DNA from: an uncultured delta proteobacterium
GTDB taxonomy: Bacteria; Myxococcota_A; Polyangia; Haliangiales; Haliangiaceae
NCBI GenBank assembly: GCA_963743525.1
Contig: CAVUQH010000003.1
Coordinates: 1,207,221 to 1,271,220 of the forward strand
Reading direction: 5' to 3'
Length of the DNA stretch: 64,000 nt
In this document: positions 21,422-34,282 of the stretch, one piece after another
How the letters are laid out: each line of letters starts with the position of its first letter
How positions within the stretch are numbered: position 1 is the first letter of the stretch
Position numbers and translations under genes: made by a program
Notes under the pieces: generated by a model
The model's input: the letters and a program-made list of their open reading frames with translations, nothing else
Database searches by the model: none
What the model was told of the DNA's origin: nothing

Positions 21422-22703
21422 TCAGCGGGCGGTGGAGCCCTTGCCCCGGCCGGTGAAGCCGAACAGGTGGCCGGCGATCCGGCGGATCTGGATCTCCTCG
21501 GCACCCTCGGTGATCCGGTAGCGGCGGTGGTGGCGGTAGATGTGCTCGAAGGCATGTGGCGCGGAGTAGCCCATGCCGCCGCAGGTCTGCATGGCCCGGT
21601 CGGCGGCGTCGCAGCACAGCCGGTTGCCGCGGTAGTTGCACATGGCGACCTTCTCGGAGATCTCCATGCCGTGGTCGACGCTGGTCCATCTCCCACGCCG
21701 TCTGGCGGATCAGCGCCCGCAGCATCGCCGCCTCGGTGTGCAGCTCGGCCAGCGGGAACTGGATGGCCTGGTTCGACGCCAGCGACTTGCCGAACGACCC
21801 GGCGGTTGCGGCGTACTCGGCCGCCGTGTCGATGCAGTACTGCGCCGGCGCCGAGCGACGACGCCGCCTGGCGGATCCGGTTCTCGTGCACGAACAGCTG
21901 GGCCACCTGCAGGCCGTTGTCCGCTCGGCGCCGAGGATGTCGTCGTCGCGCACCCGCACGTCGGTGAAGCGACACCCGGGCGTGGTCGGTCGGCATGTTG
22001 AAGGTCCAGTAGTACTCCTCGATCTTGAAGCCCGGCGTGTCCGTCGGGACGATGAAGCAGGTGATGCCCGGCGGCCTCGCCGTCCTCGCCGCTGGTGCGG
22101 GCGAAGACGAAGTCGTGGGTGGCGACGTGGACGCCGGTGTTCCAGCATCTTCTCGCCGTTGATGACCCACTCGTCGCCGTCGCGCACGGCGGTGGTCTCC
22201 ATCCAGGTGGCGTCGGAGCCGTGGTTGCGGCTCGGTGAGCCCGAAGCCGATGCGGGCCTCGCCGGCCAGCATCTTGGGGATCCACTCGTCCTGCTGCGCC
22301 TCGGAGCCGTACTTCTCCATCATCAGCACGGTCGGGAAGTTGCCGACGATCGAGCGACTCGTTCTGCAGGTCGTTGAGCAGCCCGAGCCCCTTGGCGCGC
22401 CAGGTGCTCGCGGATCACCGCCATGTCGAAGTTGGTGCCGCCCCTTGCCGCCGAAGCGCTCGGGCAGGTGGTAGCGCAGGAAGCCGGCGTCGTCGGCGCG
22501 CGCGGCGCATCTCGCCGAGCAGTGCCTCCCACTCGTGCGTTGGGCAGCCCGTCGCGGTCCCAGTCGGTGCGGGCGTCCTCGCGCCGATGGTCGAAGAAGC
22601 GCTCGTTGTCGTCGCGGGCCTGGATCGGCGCGATGACGTCCTCGATGAAGCGGTCGAGGTCGTCGAGGAGGGTGACGAGGTGGTCGGGCAGGCGGAAGTC
22701 CAT
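21422..22703 (-). CDS. Acyl-CoA dehydrogenase (many frameshifts)
   Basis: MDFRLP, GFGLTEP..GSDA, WVINGEK, FGKSLASNQAIQF, YRHHRRYRITEGAEEIQ. Confidence 0.92.
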
Positions 22704-22765
22704 GGCCGCCGAACGTAGTGCCGGCCCGGGAGCCGCCGCGCCGACCCGGATACGCTTCGCCGGCG

Positions 22766-23530
22766 ATGTCCCGTTCCGCCCTTACCGCGCTGTTCGTGAC
22801 GGCCGCCCTCGTGGCCGGCGGGTGCTCCGGCGGCGACGACGAACGGGGCCTCGAGCCGCTGCAGACGCCGACGTTCGCACCCGAAGCGACGGCCGACGGC
22901 TCGGCGAGCACGACCACTTCCGACGCCGGCTCGGGTGGCAGCACCACGACCGTGCCCGTCACCGCCAGCGGCCCGGGTGTCAGCGCCGATGCCGGGTCCA
23001 CCACGACGACCACGACCGCGGTGGCTCCCCCGGTCGAGCGGGTGCGGGTGGACGACCCCGACGACGATGCGGTCGGCGGCGTCGACCAAGACCCGCCGGC
23101 GTGGACCGACCTGGCCGGCGTCGAGCTCATCCGCCAAGGCAACGCCTACAGCCTGCGGGTGCAGCTCGCCGGCGGCGAAGCGCCCGAAACCTCCGACGGC
23201 GAGTCGACGATGAACATCGCCAGCTTCTTCGACGTCGACGGCGACGGCTCGGTCGACTACGAGATCTGGGCCAACCTCGGCCCCGACGGATGGGGCGGCT
23301 CGTGGTTCGACGACCAGGGCCACGGCTCGTTCGGTGAGGACAGCAACGTGAGCATCGAGGTCGACGGCGACGAGGTCGTCGTCCTGTTCCCCGACGTGAT
23401 GCTCGGCCAGGCCGACCGGTTCCGGTTCTCGGTGGCCTCCGAGTACGGCGAGCTCAGCGCCCTGGGCTCCGGCTTCACCCGCCGCGACGACGTGCCCGAC
23501 AACGACGAGGCGGTCAGCTTCCCCAGCTGA
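22766..23530 (+). CDS. Lipoprotein of unknown function with Thr-rich linker and DxDxDG loop
   Basis: Lipobox LVAGG-C, Thr/Ser-rich tether, FDVDGDGSVDYE. Confidence 0.75.
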   Translation: MSRSALTALFVTAALVAGGCSGGDDERGLEPLQTPTFAPEATADGSASTTTSDAGSGGSTTTVPVTASGPGVSADAGSTTTTTTAVAPPVERVRVDDPDDDAVGGVDQDPPAWTDLAGVELIRQGNAYSLRVQLAGGEAPETSDGESTMNIASFFDVDGDGSVDYEIWANLGPDGWGGSWFDDQGHGSFGEDSNVSIEVDGDEVVVLFPDVMLGQADRFRFSVASEYGELSALGSGFTRRDDVPDNDEAVSFPS

Positions 23531-23542
23531 GCCCGGACGCGG

Positions 23543-23568
23543 GAACGGGGGCCCGCAGGCCCCCGTTC
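23543..23568. terminator. Hairpin between convergent genes
   Basis: GAACGGGGGCC-CGCA-GGCCCCCGTTC, perfect 11-bp stem. Confidence 0.7.
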
Positions 23569-23592
23569 GGCGCATCTGTGATCGGAGCGGAC

Positions 23593-24030
23593 TCAGGCGC
23601 CGCCGTGGGCGTTGCCGCTGTTCCCCGGTGCTGGGTTGTTCTCGCAGTAGTACTCGGTTTCGCCGGTCGTGCCGTCCTCGTTGTTGTCGTTCAGGTAGCA
23701 CGTCCAACGACCGTGATCCGTGTTGCCGCCAATGAGCCCGTTGCAGTGCTCGTACACATTCGCAGCGAGCTGCGCAGCGGCGTCATCTCCGCCGTTGTCG
23801 CCGTCCTGATCGCTGCCGGCGGCCTCGAGACCCTGGAAGGCGGGCGAGTGATCGGCGCCTGCTTCACCATCCTTGTCGTGACCGTTCTTCTGGCCGTTGT
23901 AGTAGGCGGTGCAAAGACCATGGTCGTTGTGCCGTTCGGACCCGGCGCGGCGCTGGCCGAGACAACGCCGAACATGGCGAGCAACATGACGCCGGCGAAC
24001 AGCGCCGCCGATGAGCTTCTTCATTGACAT
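23593..24030 (-). CDS. Small secreted Asn/Asp/Gly-rich protein with four Cys (frameshifts in signal region)
   Basis: AGGAGGGG RBS; MSMKKLIGG..LLAMFGVVSASA-AP signal; HNDHGLCTAYYNG..HC..WTCY..YYC. Confidence 0.65.
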   Translation of the reverse strand: MSMKKLIGGAVRRRHVARHVRRCLGQRRAGSERHNDHGLCTAYYNGQKNGHDKDGEAGADHSPAFQGLEAAGSDQDGDNGGDDAAAQLAANVYEHCNGLIGGNTDHGRWTCYLNDNNEDGTTGETEYYCENNPAPGNSGNAHGGA

Positions 24031-24170
24031 GACCCCTCCTGGTGAGACAACACGTGTGGCTGGCCTGCCCACTGGTTCGACGCCTGCGCCAGCAGTTCCT
24101 CCCCGCCATCGGGAAGGGGTCACCCTGGTACGGAGCGGCTGCCAGAATGCGGAGAGGCAGACTGGGCACC

Positions 24171-24644
24171 ATGCGGATACGTCGGATCTCGCTGCTGGTG
24201 CTGGCGCTCGCGCTACTGGCGGTCACCGCCAGCCCCGCCGGCGCCCACGTGGAGATCTACAAGTCCGACCCCGCCTCGGGCGGCACCGTCGGCCAAGGCA
24301 CCCGCGAGATCTCCATCACGTTCATCTCGCTCGACACGTCGCGGCCGGTCGACGTGGCCGTCCTCGACGCCAGCGGCACCGACCAGGTCTCGGGCACCCC
24401 GCGTGTCCGTCCGCCCGACAAGGGCACCGAGGTGGTCGTGCCCGTACAGCCCCTGCAACTCGGACCCCACACGGTGCGCTGGTCGGCGTTCTCCTCCGAC
24501 GCCGACGGCCACTTCGACGGCTCGTACACGTTCACCGTCGTCGAATCGAGCGCCGGCGGCCGGGCCTGGGTGCTGTGGCTGGCGCTGCTGGTCATCGCCC
24601 TCGCCGTCGGGGCGACGATGGTGGCCTCGCGCCGGCAGCGATGA
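24171..24644 (+). CDS. CopC-like copper-binding protein with C-terminal TM anchor
   Basis: Signal peptide ending PAGA, then mature N-terminal His (H-VEIYKSDP), HTVRW..DADGH..GSYTFTV. Confidence 0.8.
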   Translation: MRIRRISLLVLALALLAVTASPAGAHVEIYKSDPASGGTVGQGTREISITFISLDTSRPVDVAVLDASGTDQVSGTPRVRPPDKGTEVVVPVQPLQLGPHTVRWSAFSSDADGHFDGSYTFTVVESSAGGRAWVLWLALLVIALAVGATMVASRRQR

Positions 24645-25357
24645 CCGGCACCGCGCCGCTCGATGGCGTGACGCACCTCGGCATCGACGCCGACGACACG
24701 CTGTGGCACTCGGAGAACCGGTTCGTCGAGACCCACCGCCGGTACCACGAACTGCTGGCCGCCCACGTCGACGCCGGCGTCGACGAGCTCGAGGCCCGCA
24801 TGCTCGAGACCGAGCAGCGCAACCTCCGCCTGTTCGGCTACGGCGCCAAGGCGTTCACGCTGTCGCTCATCGAGACGGCCATCGAGCTCACCGCGGGAGC
24901 CATCCCCGCCGACGACATCGCCACCATCATCGGCTGGGGCAAGGACCTGCTCGACCATCCCGTCGAGCTGCTCGACGGCGTCGAGGAGACCATCGACGAG
25001 CTGTACGCCCGCGGGTTCGGGCTGCTGCTGGTCACGAAGGGCGACCTCTGGCACCAGGAGTCCAAGATCGCCGCGTCCGGCCTGGTCGACCGGTTCGAAG
25101 CCGTCGAGATCGTCACCGAGAAGGACACCCGCACCTACGCCGAGATCCTCGACCGCCACGGGATCGAGCCGTCGTCGTTCTGCATGGTGGGCAACAGCGT
25201 GCGCTCCGACGTGCTACCCGTCCTCGAGCTCGGCGGACGGGCGGTCCACGTCCCGTACCGGTACCTGTGGGCGCACGAGGACATCCGCGACCCGGCCGCC
25301 GAGTTCCCCACCATCGCATCCCTCGGCCACCTGCTCGACCTGCTGGCTCCCGGCTGA
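24641..25357 (+). CDS. HAD family hydrolase
   Basis: DADDTLW, GYGAKAF, TKGD, MVGNSVRSD; ATGA overlap. Confidence 0.9.
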   Translation: MTGTAPLDGVTHLGIDADDTLWHSENRFVETHRRYHELLAAHVDAGVDELEARMLETEQRNLRLFGYGAKAFTLSLIETAIELTAGAIPADDIATIIGWGKDLLDHPVELLDGVEETIDELYARGFGLLLVTKGDLWHQESKIAASGLVDRFEAVEIVTEKDTRTYAEILDRHGIEPSSFCMVGNSVRSDVLPVLELGGRAVHVPYRYLWAHEDIRDPAAEFPTIASLGHLLDLLAPG

Positions 25358-25399
25358 CCCACCGCATGCCGGCCCGGGCCGGCGGGTACAGACCCGGGC

Positions 25400-26833
25400 A
25401 TGAACGTCCACCGTGTCCTGGACCGAGAACCCGTGCCTGCCCTGTCCGATCATCGAGCGCTGGGCGGCACCACCGCCCTTCTCGACGCCCGACGCGTGGA
25501 CCCCGATGCCATCATCGACGTGGTGACCGACGCCGGACTTCGTGGCCGAGGCGGTGCCGGCTTCCCCACCGGCGTGAAGTGGCGCACCGTGGCCGACAAC
25601 GCCCGTAGCTCGAGCATCGCCCCCACCGTGGTGGTCAACGCCGCCGAGGGCGAGCCCGGCTCGTTCGGTGACCGCACGCTGCTGCGCCAGAACCCCTTCC
25701 GCGTCCTCGAGGGCGCGCTCATCGCCGCCCATGCGGTCGGGTCGCGCTCCATCGTCGTGGTCACCAAGGAGCGGTTCGCACAGGAGCAGAACCGGCTCAC
25801 GGTGGCCGCCCACGAACTGATGGAGAGCGGCGTCGCCGGCGACGTCGACATCGAGATCATCGGGGCCGCCAACCACTACCTGCTCGGCGAGGAGACCGGC
25901 CTGCTCGAAGCCGCGGCCGGCCGACCGCCCTTCCCCCGTCTCGCAGCGCCCTACCGGCACGGCACCACCGAGGTCGGCGACCCCAGCGGCGGCGCAGCCG
26001 GCATCGAGATGTCGGGGCCCGAGGGTGCGGCACCGCCGACGCTGGTGAACAACGTCGAGACCTTCGCCCACGTGCCCGGCATCGTCGAGTACGGCTCCGA
26101 CTGGTTCCGCGAGCTGGGCACGGCCGAATCACCCGGCACCACCGTGTTCACGGTCACCGGCGACGTCCACCACGGCGGCACCATGGAACTGCCGCTCGGC
26201 ACGCCCGTGGCCGAGGTCATCGAGCGGGTCAGTGGCGGTGTCCTGAACGGGCAGCCCGCCTTCCTGCTCAGCGGCATCGCCAACGGCATCCTGCCGGCCG
26301 AGGAGTTCGACACACCCACCACCCACGACGCCATGTCGGCCGCCGGCTCCGGGCTCGGCACCGGCGGCTTCATCCTGTTCAGCACCGAGACCGACCCCGT
26401 CTCGGTGGCCCAGGGCGTCTCCCGCTTCCTCGCCGTCGAGTCGTGCGGACAGTGCACCCCGTGCAAGCAGGGCGGCCTCCAGGTCGCCGATGAACTGGCC
26501 CGGCTCCACGACGGCAACACGACCGACGACGCCGTCGAGCAGATCATCGCCCACCTCCACGGCGTCCCCGAGGGGGCCCGGTGCGATCTGGGCCGCCAGC
26601 ACGAGCGCGTCGTGTCGAGCCTGCTGGCCGAGTTCCCCGACGTGGCCATCGCCCATGCCGTCCAGGCGATCAGCTCCGATCCGGTGCTGATCGCGCCGAT
26701 CCTCGACATCGTCGACGGCACGGTCACCCTCGACCGAGACCACGAGAAGAAGCAGCCCGACTGGACCTACGACGCCGAGGACTCGGGCCAGTCGCCGGCC
26801 GACCGCTACGACGTCGCCGTCGGCATCAAGTGA
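25400..26833 (+). CDS. Stand-alone NuoF/Nqo1-like FMN/[4Fe-4S] oxidoreductase, copy 2
   Basis: Intact 477 aa: GLRGRGGAGFPTGVKW, NAAEGEPGSFGDR, YLLGEETGLL, PTLVNNVET, ESCGQCTPC..C. Confidence 0.9.
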   Translation: MNVHRVLDREPVPALSDHRALGGTTALLDARRVDPDAIIDVVTDAGLRGRGGAGFPTGVKWRTVADNARSSSIAPTVVVNAAEGEPGSFGDRTLLRQNPFRVLEGALIAAHAVGSRSIVVVTKERFAQEQNRLTVAAHELMESGVAGDVDIEIIGAANHYLLGEETGLLEAAAGRPPFPRLAAPYRHGTTEVGDPSGGAAGIEMSGPEGAAPPTLVNNVETFAHVPGIVEYGSDWFRELGTAESPGTTVFTVTGDVHHGGTMELPLGTPVAEVIERVSGGVLNGQPAFLLSGIANGILPAEEFDTPTTHDAMSAAGSGLGTGGFILFSTETDPVSVAQGVSRFLAVESCGQCTPCKQGGLQVADELARLHDGNTTDDAVEQIIAHLHGVPEGARCDLGRQHERVVSSLLAEFPDVAIAHAVQAISSDPVLIAPILDIVDGTVTLDRDHEKKQPDWTYDAEDSGQSPADRYDVAVGIK

Positions 26834-26898
26834 CGCCCATCTGACGCTCATCTGACCGGCCCGGCGACGATCACCGCTGTCGTCGGTAGGTTGCCGGG

Positions 26899-28000
<1,102 letters not shown>

Positions 28001-28004
<4 letters not shown>

Positions 28005-28695
28005 CGTCTCCCCTGCTGGTGGCCAACGGACCCGACTCGTTCCTGTGGTGGGACTGGGTCGGCCGACACACCGACGACATCCGGGAGCGCACCATCGAGC
28101 ACCTGCAGCTCACCGGCACGTCGGTGGGCATCGGGTTCGTGATCGCCATGGCCATGGCTGTCGTGGCCCTGCGGTGGCGTCGGGCGTACGCGCCGTTGGC
28201 GGCCCTCGCCGGCGGGCTGTACGCCATCCCGAGCCTGGCGCTGTTCGGCTTCCTCGTGCCCATCACCGGCCTCGGGTTCCGCACCGCCGAGATCGCGCTG
28301 GTGAGCTACACGCTGCTGATCCTGCTGCGGAACATCGTCGCCGGCGTCGACGCCGTGCCCGACGACGTCAAGGAGGCCGCCGACGGCATGGGCTACGAAC
28401 CCTGGCGACGGTTCCTGGCCGTCGACCTCCGCCTGGCCACACCCACGATCATCGGCGGTCTGCGCGTCGCCACCGTCACCGTCATCGGCCTGGTGACCGT
28501 GGCCGCGCTGGTGGGCAGCGGTGGCTACGGCACGTTCATCGAGGACGGCCTCAACCGCAAGTTCAAGACGCCGATCGTCGTGGGCGCCGGCCTGTCCATC
28601 GTCATGGCCCTGGCCTTCGACGCTCCTGTTCGCGCTGCTCCAGCGCGCTGGTCACGCCCTGGAGCCGCGCGGACAGCCGGGCGGGTGGCAGCTGA
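28001..28695 (+). CDS. Osmoprotectant ABC permease 1
   Basis: HLQLT, YAIPSLALF, EAADGMG (EAA), GGYGTFI. Confidence 0.9.
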
Positions 28696-29418
28696 TGCTC
28701 CAGGACGCTCTCGACTACCTGACCGACAGTCACAGCTGGTGGGGTCACAACGGCCTGGTGTGGCTCACGTGGCAGCACCTCCGGCTGTCGGGTGCCGCGG
28801 TGCTGGCCGCCGTCATCGCCGCGGTGCCGCCGGCGCTGTGGCTCGGGCATCGCCGCCAGGGCGGGTACCTGGCCATCTCGCTGGTGAACCTCAGCCGCGC
28901 CCTGCCCACGTTCGCCGTGATCGCCTTCGTGTTCCCGATCTCGCTCGAGTACGGCTTCGGGCTCGGCTTCTGGCCGACGTTCCTCGCCCTGTTCCTGCTG
29001 GCCTTGCCGCCGATCTTCGTCAACACCTACACCGGCGTCAGCGACCTCAGCGACGACGTCGTCGAGGCGGCCCGGGCCATGGGGATGCGCGAGCGCGAGG
29101 TGCTGCGCTCGGTGGAGCTGCCGGCGGCCATGCCGTTGATCGCCACCGGCGTGCGCGTCTCCGCCGTCCAGGTCGTGGCCACCACCACCCTGGGGGCGCT
29201 GGTGGGCTTCCGGTGCCTCGGCACCCCTATCCTCCAGGCGATCGCCACCAGCAACGACGGCCAGCTCATCGTCGCCGCCCTCCTCGTCGCCGCCGTCTCC
29301 CTGCTCACCGAGGCTGCCTTCGGGATCCTCGGGCGTCGCCTGACGCCCTGGCGCCCAGGTCCCGCACCTCACCGTGAACCCGTGATCGACCGTGACATGC
29401 GAAAGGAACCATCCATGA
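28695..29418 (+). CDS. Osmoprotectant ABC permease 2 (3' end uncertain)
   Basis: WQHLRLS, RALPTFA, PPIFVNTYTG, EAARAMGM, VELP. Confidence 0.88.
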
Positions 29419-30379
29419 AGAAACGCACGCTCCTCATCGCCATCCTGGCGATGTTCGCCCTGTTCGCCGCCGCGTGCGGCGACGACGACACCGCCCCGGC
29501 GAGCTCGGCGACGCGGCACCGCAGGACAGCGGCTCCAGCTCCACCACCGCCGCCCCCGACGGACCGACCATCAAGATCGGCGCCCAGGACTTCGGCGAAT
29601 CCGCCGTGCTGGCCCAGATCTACGGCCAGGTGCTCGAGGCCAACGGCTACGACGTCGAGCAGGTCAGCGTCGGCGGCTACCGCGAGGTGCTGCTGGGCGC
29701 GTTCGACAACGGCGAGGTCAACATGAGCCCGGAGTACGCCGCCTCCATGCTCGAGTACCTCAACGAGCAACGCCGGCGAGGCCACCGGCGACGCCCAGGA
29801 GACCGTGCAGCTGCTGCAGAAGCAGCTCGACGGCATCGGACTGGTGGCGCTCGACCCGGCACCCGCCGTCGACACCAACGCCTTCGTCGTGACCCAGGAG
29901 ACCTCCGACTCCGAGGGTCTGACCAAGCTCTCCGACCTGCCCGCCGACGGCGGCGACCTGTCGCTCGGCGCCCCCCAGGACTGCGAGACCAACCCGTTCT
30001 GCCTGCCCGGACTCCAGCGGGTCTACGGCGTCGACCTCAGCGGCAACTTCCAGCCCCTCGATGCCAGCCTCGTGGCCGACGCCCTGGCGTCGGGCGAGGT
30101 GCAGATCGGCGTGCTGTTCTCCACCAGCGGACGCATCGCCGACGAGGGCTGGGTGCTGCTCGAGGACGACCAGAACATGCTGGCCGCCGACAACGTCACG
30201 CCGGTGATCAGCGACGAGCTGCAGACGCCTACGGCGACGACCTCACCTCGCTGCTGAACGAGATCAGCGCGGCGATCGACACCGACACCCTCGCCGGGCT
30301 CAACAAGAGGTTCGAGATCGACAAGGAGGACGCCGACGCGGTGGCCGCCGACTTCATCTCCCAGGCCGGCCTGGGATAA
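29415..30379 (+). CDS. Osmoprotectant ABC substrate-binding lipoprotein (frameshifted)
   Basis: GAAAGGA RBS, lipobox FAAA-C, IGAQDFGES, PEYA, CETNPFCLPGL, LEDD. Confidence 0.9.
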
Positions 30380-30440
30380 GGCGCAGGGCCCCGGGGCCCG
30401 TAGGATGTGATGTTCCCCCTACGCGGCCCCGGAGGCTCTC

Positions 30441-32313
30441 TTGGCAATTCGCGCCGATCTGCGCAACGTGGCGATCGTCGCCCACGTCGACCACGGCAAG
30501 ACCACCCTCGTCGACAAGATGCTCTGGCAGTCCGGCGCGTTCCGCGAGAACCAGGACGTCGCCGAGCGGGTCATGGACTCGATGGACCTCGAGAAGGAGA
30601 AGGGCATCACGATCCTGGCCAAGAACACGGCGATCCCGTACGTGGCCCAGGACGGCGAACCGGTGAAGATCAACATCGTCGACACGCCCGGCCACGCCGA
30701 CTTCGGCGGCGAGGTCGAGCGGGCCCTGTCGATGGTCGACGGCATCCTGCTGCTGGTCGACGCCAGCGAGGGCCCGCTGCCCCAGACCCGCTTCGTGCTC
30801 CGCAAGGCGCTCGAGGCCCGGCTGCCGGTCATCCTCGTGGTCAACAAGGTCGACCGCCCCGACTCGCGCATCGACGAGGTCGTCCACGAGGTCGAGGAGC
30901 TGTTCCTCGACCTCGACGCCGACGAGCACCAGATCGACTTCCCGATCGTCTACTGCGTGGCCCGCGACGGGCGGGCCTCGATGGAGCGGCCCGACGACGG
31001 CGCCGGGCTGCCCGAGGGCGCCACGCTCAAGCCGCTGCTCGACCTGCTCGTCGAGCACATCCCCGCCCCCGACTACGACGAGGCCATGCCCGCTGCAGGC
31101 GCTGGTCACCAACCTCGACTCGTCCCCGTACCTGGGTCGCCTGGCGCTGTGCCGCGTCGCGCAACGGCCACATCCGCAAGGGCCAGTACGGTGATGTGGT
31201 GCAAGGCCGACGGCACCCAGGAGCGGGTGAAGCTCGGCGAGCTGTTCATCACCGAGAACCTCGATCGCGTGCCGGCCGACGAGCGCCGGTCCGGGCGAGA
31301 TCATCGCCATCGCCGGCATCGACGAGATCACCATCGGCGAGACCCTCGCCGACGCCGACGACCCCCACCCGCTCCCGGTCATCACCATCGACGAGCCCAG
31401 CCTGTCGATGACCATCGGCATCAACACCTCGCCGCTGGCCGGCAAGGACGGCACCGAAGATGACCGCCCGCCTGGTGAAGGCCCGCCTCGACGCCGAGCT
31501 CATCGGCAACGTCTCGATCCGGGTGCTGCCCACCGAACGGCCCGACACCTGGGAGGTCCAGGGGCGAGGCGAGCTCCAGCTGGCCGTGCTGGTCGAGATG
31601 ATGCGACGCGAGGGCTTCGAGCTCACCGTCGGCAAGCCCCAGGTGCTCACCCGGGAGATCGACGGCAAGGTCCACGAGCCCGTCGACCGGGTCACCGTCG
31701 ACGTTCCCGACGACTACCTCGGGGTGGTCACAGCAGCTGCTGGCCGTGCGCAAGGGCCGCATCGAGCAGATCGTCAACCACGGCACCGGCTGGGTGCGGC
31801 TCGACTACCTGGTGCCCGCCCGCGGGCTCATCGGCTTCCGCACCGAGCTGCTCACCGAGACCAGGGGCACGGCGCTGCTGCACCACGTCTTCGACTGCTT
31901 CGAGCCCTGGGCCGGCGAGATCCGCGCCCGCCGCAACGGCTCGCTGGTCGCCGACCGCAGCGGCGAGACCCGCAGCTACTCGCTGCTGTCGCTCCAGGAC
32001 CGTGGCCAGCTGTTCGTCGGTCCGGGCGTGGCGGTGTACGAGGGCATGGTCATCGGCGAGAACGCCCGCACCGAGGACATGGACGTCAACCCCACGAAGG
32101 AGAAGAAGCAGACCAACGTCCGCGCCTCGTCGGCCGACAACTTCGAGAAGCTGATCCCGCCCGACGCTGCTGTCGCTCGAGCAGGCGCTGGAGCACATCG
32201 CCGACGACGAGTGCGTCGAGGTCACGCCCAGCCACGTCCGGATCCGCAAGGTCGAGCTCGACCAGAACCTGCGGGCCCGGGCGGCCAAGCGGGCCAAGAC
32301 CGCCGCTGGCTGA
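30441..32313 (+). CDS. typA: Translational GTPase TypA/BipA (frameshifted)
   Basis: [63 protein letters not shown]. Confidence 0.97.
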
Positions 32314-32330
32314 GCAATAGGGTGCGCGGC

Positions 32331-33454
32331 GTGCTGATCGGAACGCCGACCGAGATCAAGAGCGCCGAGAAGCGGGTGGGCCTGAGCCCGCCCAGCGTCC
32401 GCGAACTGGTGGCCCACGGGCACGACGTCGATGATCGAGCGGGGCGCCGGCGCCGGCATCGGCGCCAGCGACGACGACTACGAGCGGGTCGGCGCCCGCC
32501 TGGTCGACGGCCCCGGCGAGATCTACGGCACCGCCGAGCTGGTGGTGAAGGTCAAGGAGCCCCAGCGCCGTCGAGCGGGCCCTGCTGCGCGCCGACCAGA
32601 CGCTGTTCACCTACCTGCACCTGGCCCCCGACGCCGAGCAGACGCGCGACCTCGTCGAGGCGGGTACCACCTGCATCGCCTACGAGACGGTCACCGACGC
32701 GTTCGGGCGACTGCCCCTGCTGGCCCCCATGTCCCAGGTGGCGGGGCGCATGTCGGTGCAGGCGGGCGCCCACGCGCTGGAGGCCGCCCAGGGCGGCGCC
32801 GGCCTGCTCCTGGGGGGTGTCCCCGGCGTGCACTCGGGCAAGGTCGTGGTCATCGGCGGCGGCGTCGTCGGCGAGAACGCCATCGAGATGGCCGTGGGCC
32901 TCGGCGCTCTGGTGACGGTGGTCGACAAGAACCTCGACGTCCTCGCCCACCTCAACCAGCGCTTCGGCGCCACGCTGGAGACCGTCTACTCGACCCGCAC
33001 GGCGATCGAAGACCTGGTGGCCACGGCCGACCTGGTGATCGGCGCCGTGCTGGTGAAGGGCTCGCGGGCGCCCAAGCTGGTCACCGAGGACATGGTCCGC
33101 ACCATGAGGCCCGGATCCGTGCTGGTCGACGTGGCCATCGACCAGGGCGGCTGCTTCGCCACGTCGCACCCCACGACGCACGCCGAGCCGACGTTCGTGG
33201 TCGACGACGTCGTCCACTACTGCGTGGCCAACATGCCCGGCGCGGTGCCGCGGACGTCGACCCACGCGCTCAACAACGCCACGCTGCCCTTCGTGCTCGC
33301 CCTGGCCGACCACGGCCCGGCCGGGGCGATGCGGCGCGACCCGCACCTGCGCAACGGGCTCAACGTGGCCCGGGGCATGGTCACCGAGCCCGCCGTCGCC
33401 GAGGCCCTCGGCTACGAGTACCACGACCCGGCCGCCGTGCTCGATCGCCTCTGA
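32331..33454 (+). CDS. ald: Alanine dehydrogenase (frameshifted)
   Basis: [57 protein letters not shown]. Confidence 0.96.
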
Positions 33455-33470
33455 TCCGGTCGGGCCTGGT

Positions 33471-34235
33471 TCAGGCGGCCCCGTCGTTGGCGCGCAACAC
33501 GGTCTCGTAGGTCTCGGTGGGCGACCACTGGGCCACGAACGTGTAGCGGTCGCCCCGGATGATCGTCTCCCGCCACTCGAGCGGCGTGCCGTTGGCGGTC
33601 GCCAGGCGGTGGATGCGGAAGACGGGCTGGCGGGCGGCGGTGCCGAGCAGGTCGCGCTCGGCTTGGTCGGGCAGCTCGGTGGCGATCCACTCGGTGCCCG
33701 AGGTCGGCCGCACGCCACAGCGACTGGCCAGCTCGTCGTAGAGGGCGGTGTGGGTGAAGTCGACGTCGAGCAGCGGTGCGGCGATCGAGGCCGGCAGCCA
33801 CGCCGTGTCGTGGGCGAGCACGTGGGCGTCGGCGCTGCGCAGTCGCTCGAGCCGGATCAGGGGTTCGGACCCGTCGAGACCGAGCCGGCGGGCCCGCTCG
33901 GGGTCGGTGACGCGGGACAGGTCGAGGACCTCGCTGCGCTGTTCGAGCCCGCTGGTCTCGATCGACCGGAACAGGCTGTAGATGGCGCCGGTGGGCTGTT
34001 CGATGGTCGGGCTGCGCACGAAGGTGCCCCGGCCGCGCTCGCGGCTCACGATGCCCTCGTTCTGCAGGCGGCGCACCGCCTCGCGGGCGGTGTGGCGGGA
34101 GACGCCGTACTCGGTGGTGAGCTGGAGGTCGGTCGGGAACTCCTCGACGAACTCGCCGGCGTCGAGCCGGGCCCGCAGGTCCTCGAGGAGCTGGGCCCAC
34201 AGGGGCATGGGGCTGGACCGATCAACCGGGCGCAT
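33471..34235 (-). CDS. GntR family regulator, HutC/UTRA type
   Basis: [28 protein letters not shown] tail RGDRYTF. Confidence 0.93.
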   Translation of the reverse strand: MRPVDRSSPMPLWAQLLEDLRARLDAGEFVEEFPTDLQLTTEYGVSRHTAREAVRRLQNEGIVSRERGRGTFVRSPTIEQPTGAIYSLFRSIETSGLEQRSEVLDLSRVTDPERARRLGLDGSEPLIRLERLRSADAHVLAHDTAWLPASIAAPLLDVDFTHTALYDELASRCGVRPTSGTEWIATELPDQAERDLLGTAARQPVFRIHRLATANGTPLEWRETIIRGDRYTFVAQWSPTETYETVLRANDGAA

Positions 34236-34282
34236 GTGTCTGAATGTACGGATGTGCCGGCCCCGGTGCAATCACCGGGCGC

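Noticed and set aside
24031..24170. Possible riboswitch in long leaders (also 58094-58195 and 60280-60430)
   Set aside because: No recognisable c-di-GMP, c-di-AMP, SAM or cobalamin consensus by eye; needs an Infernal/Rfam search.
28521..29726. Apparent permease-substrate-binding-protein fusion
   Set aside because: The SBP has its own GAAAGGA RBS, ATG at 29415 and lipoprotein signal; one indel would restore an ATGA overlap.
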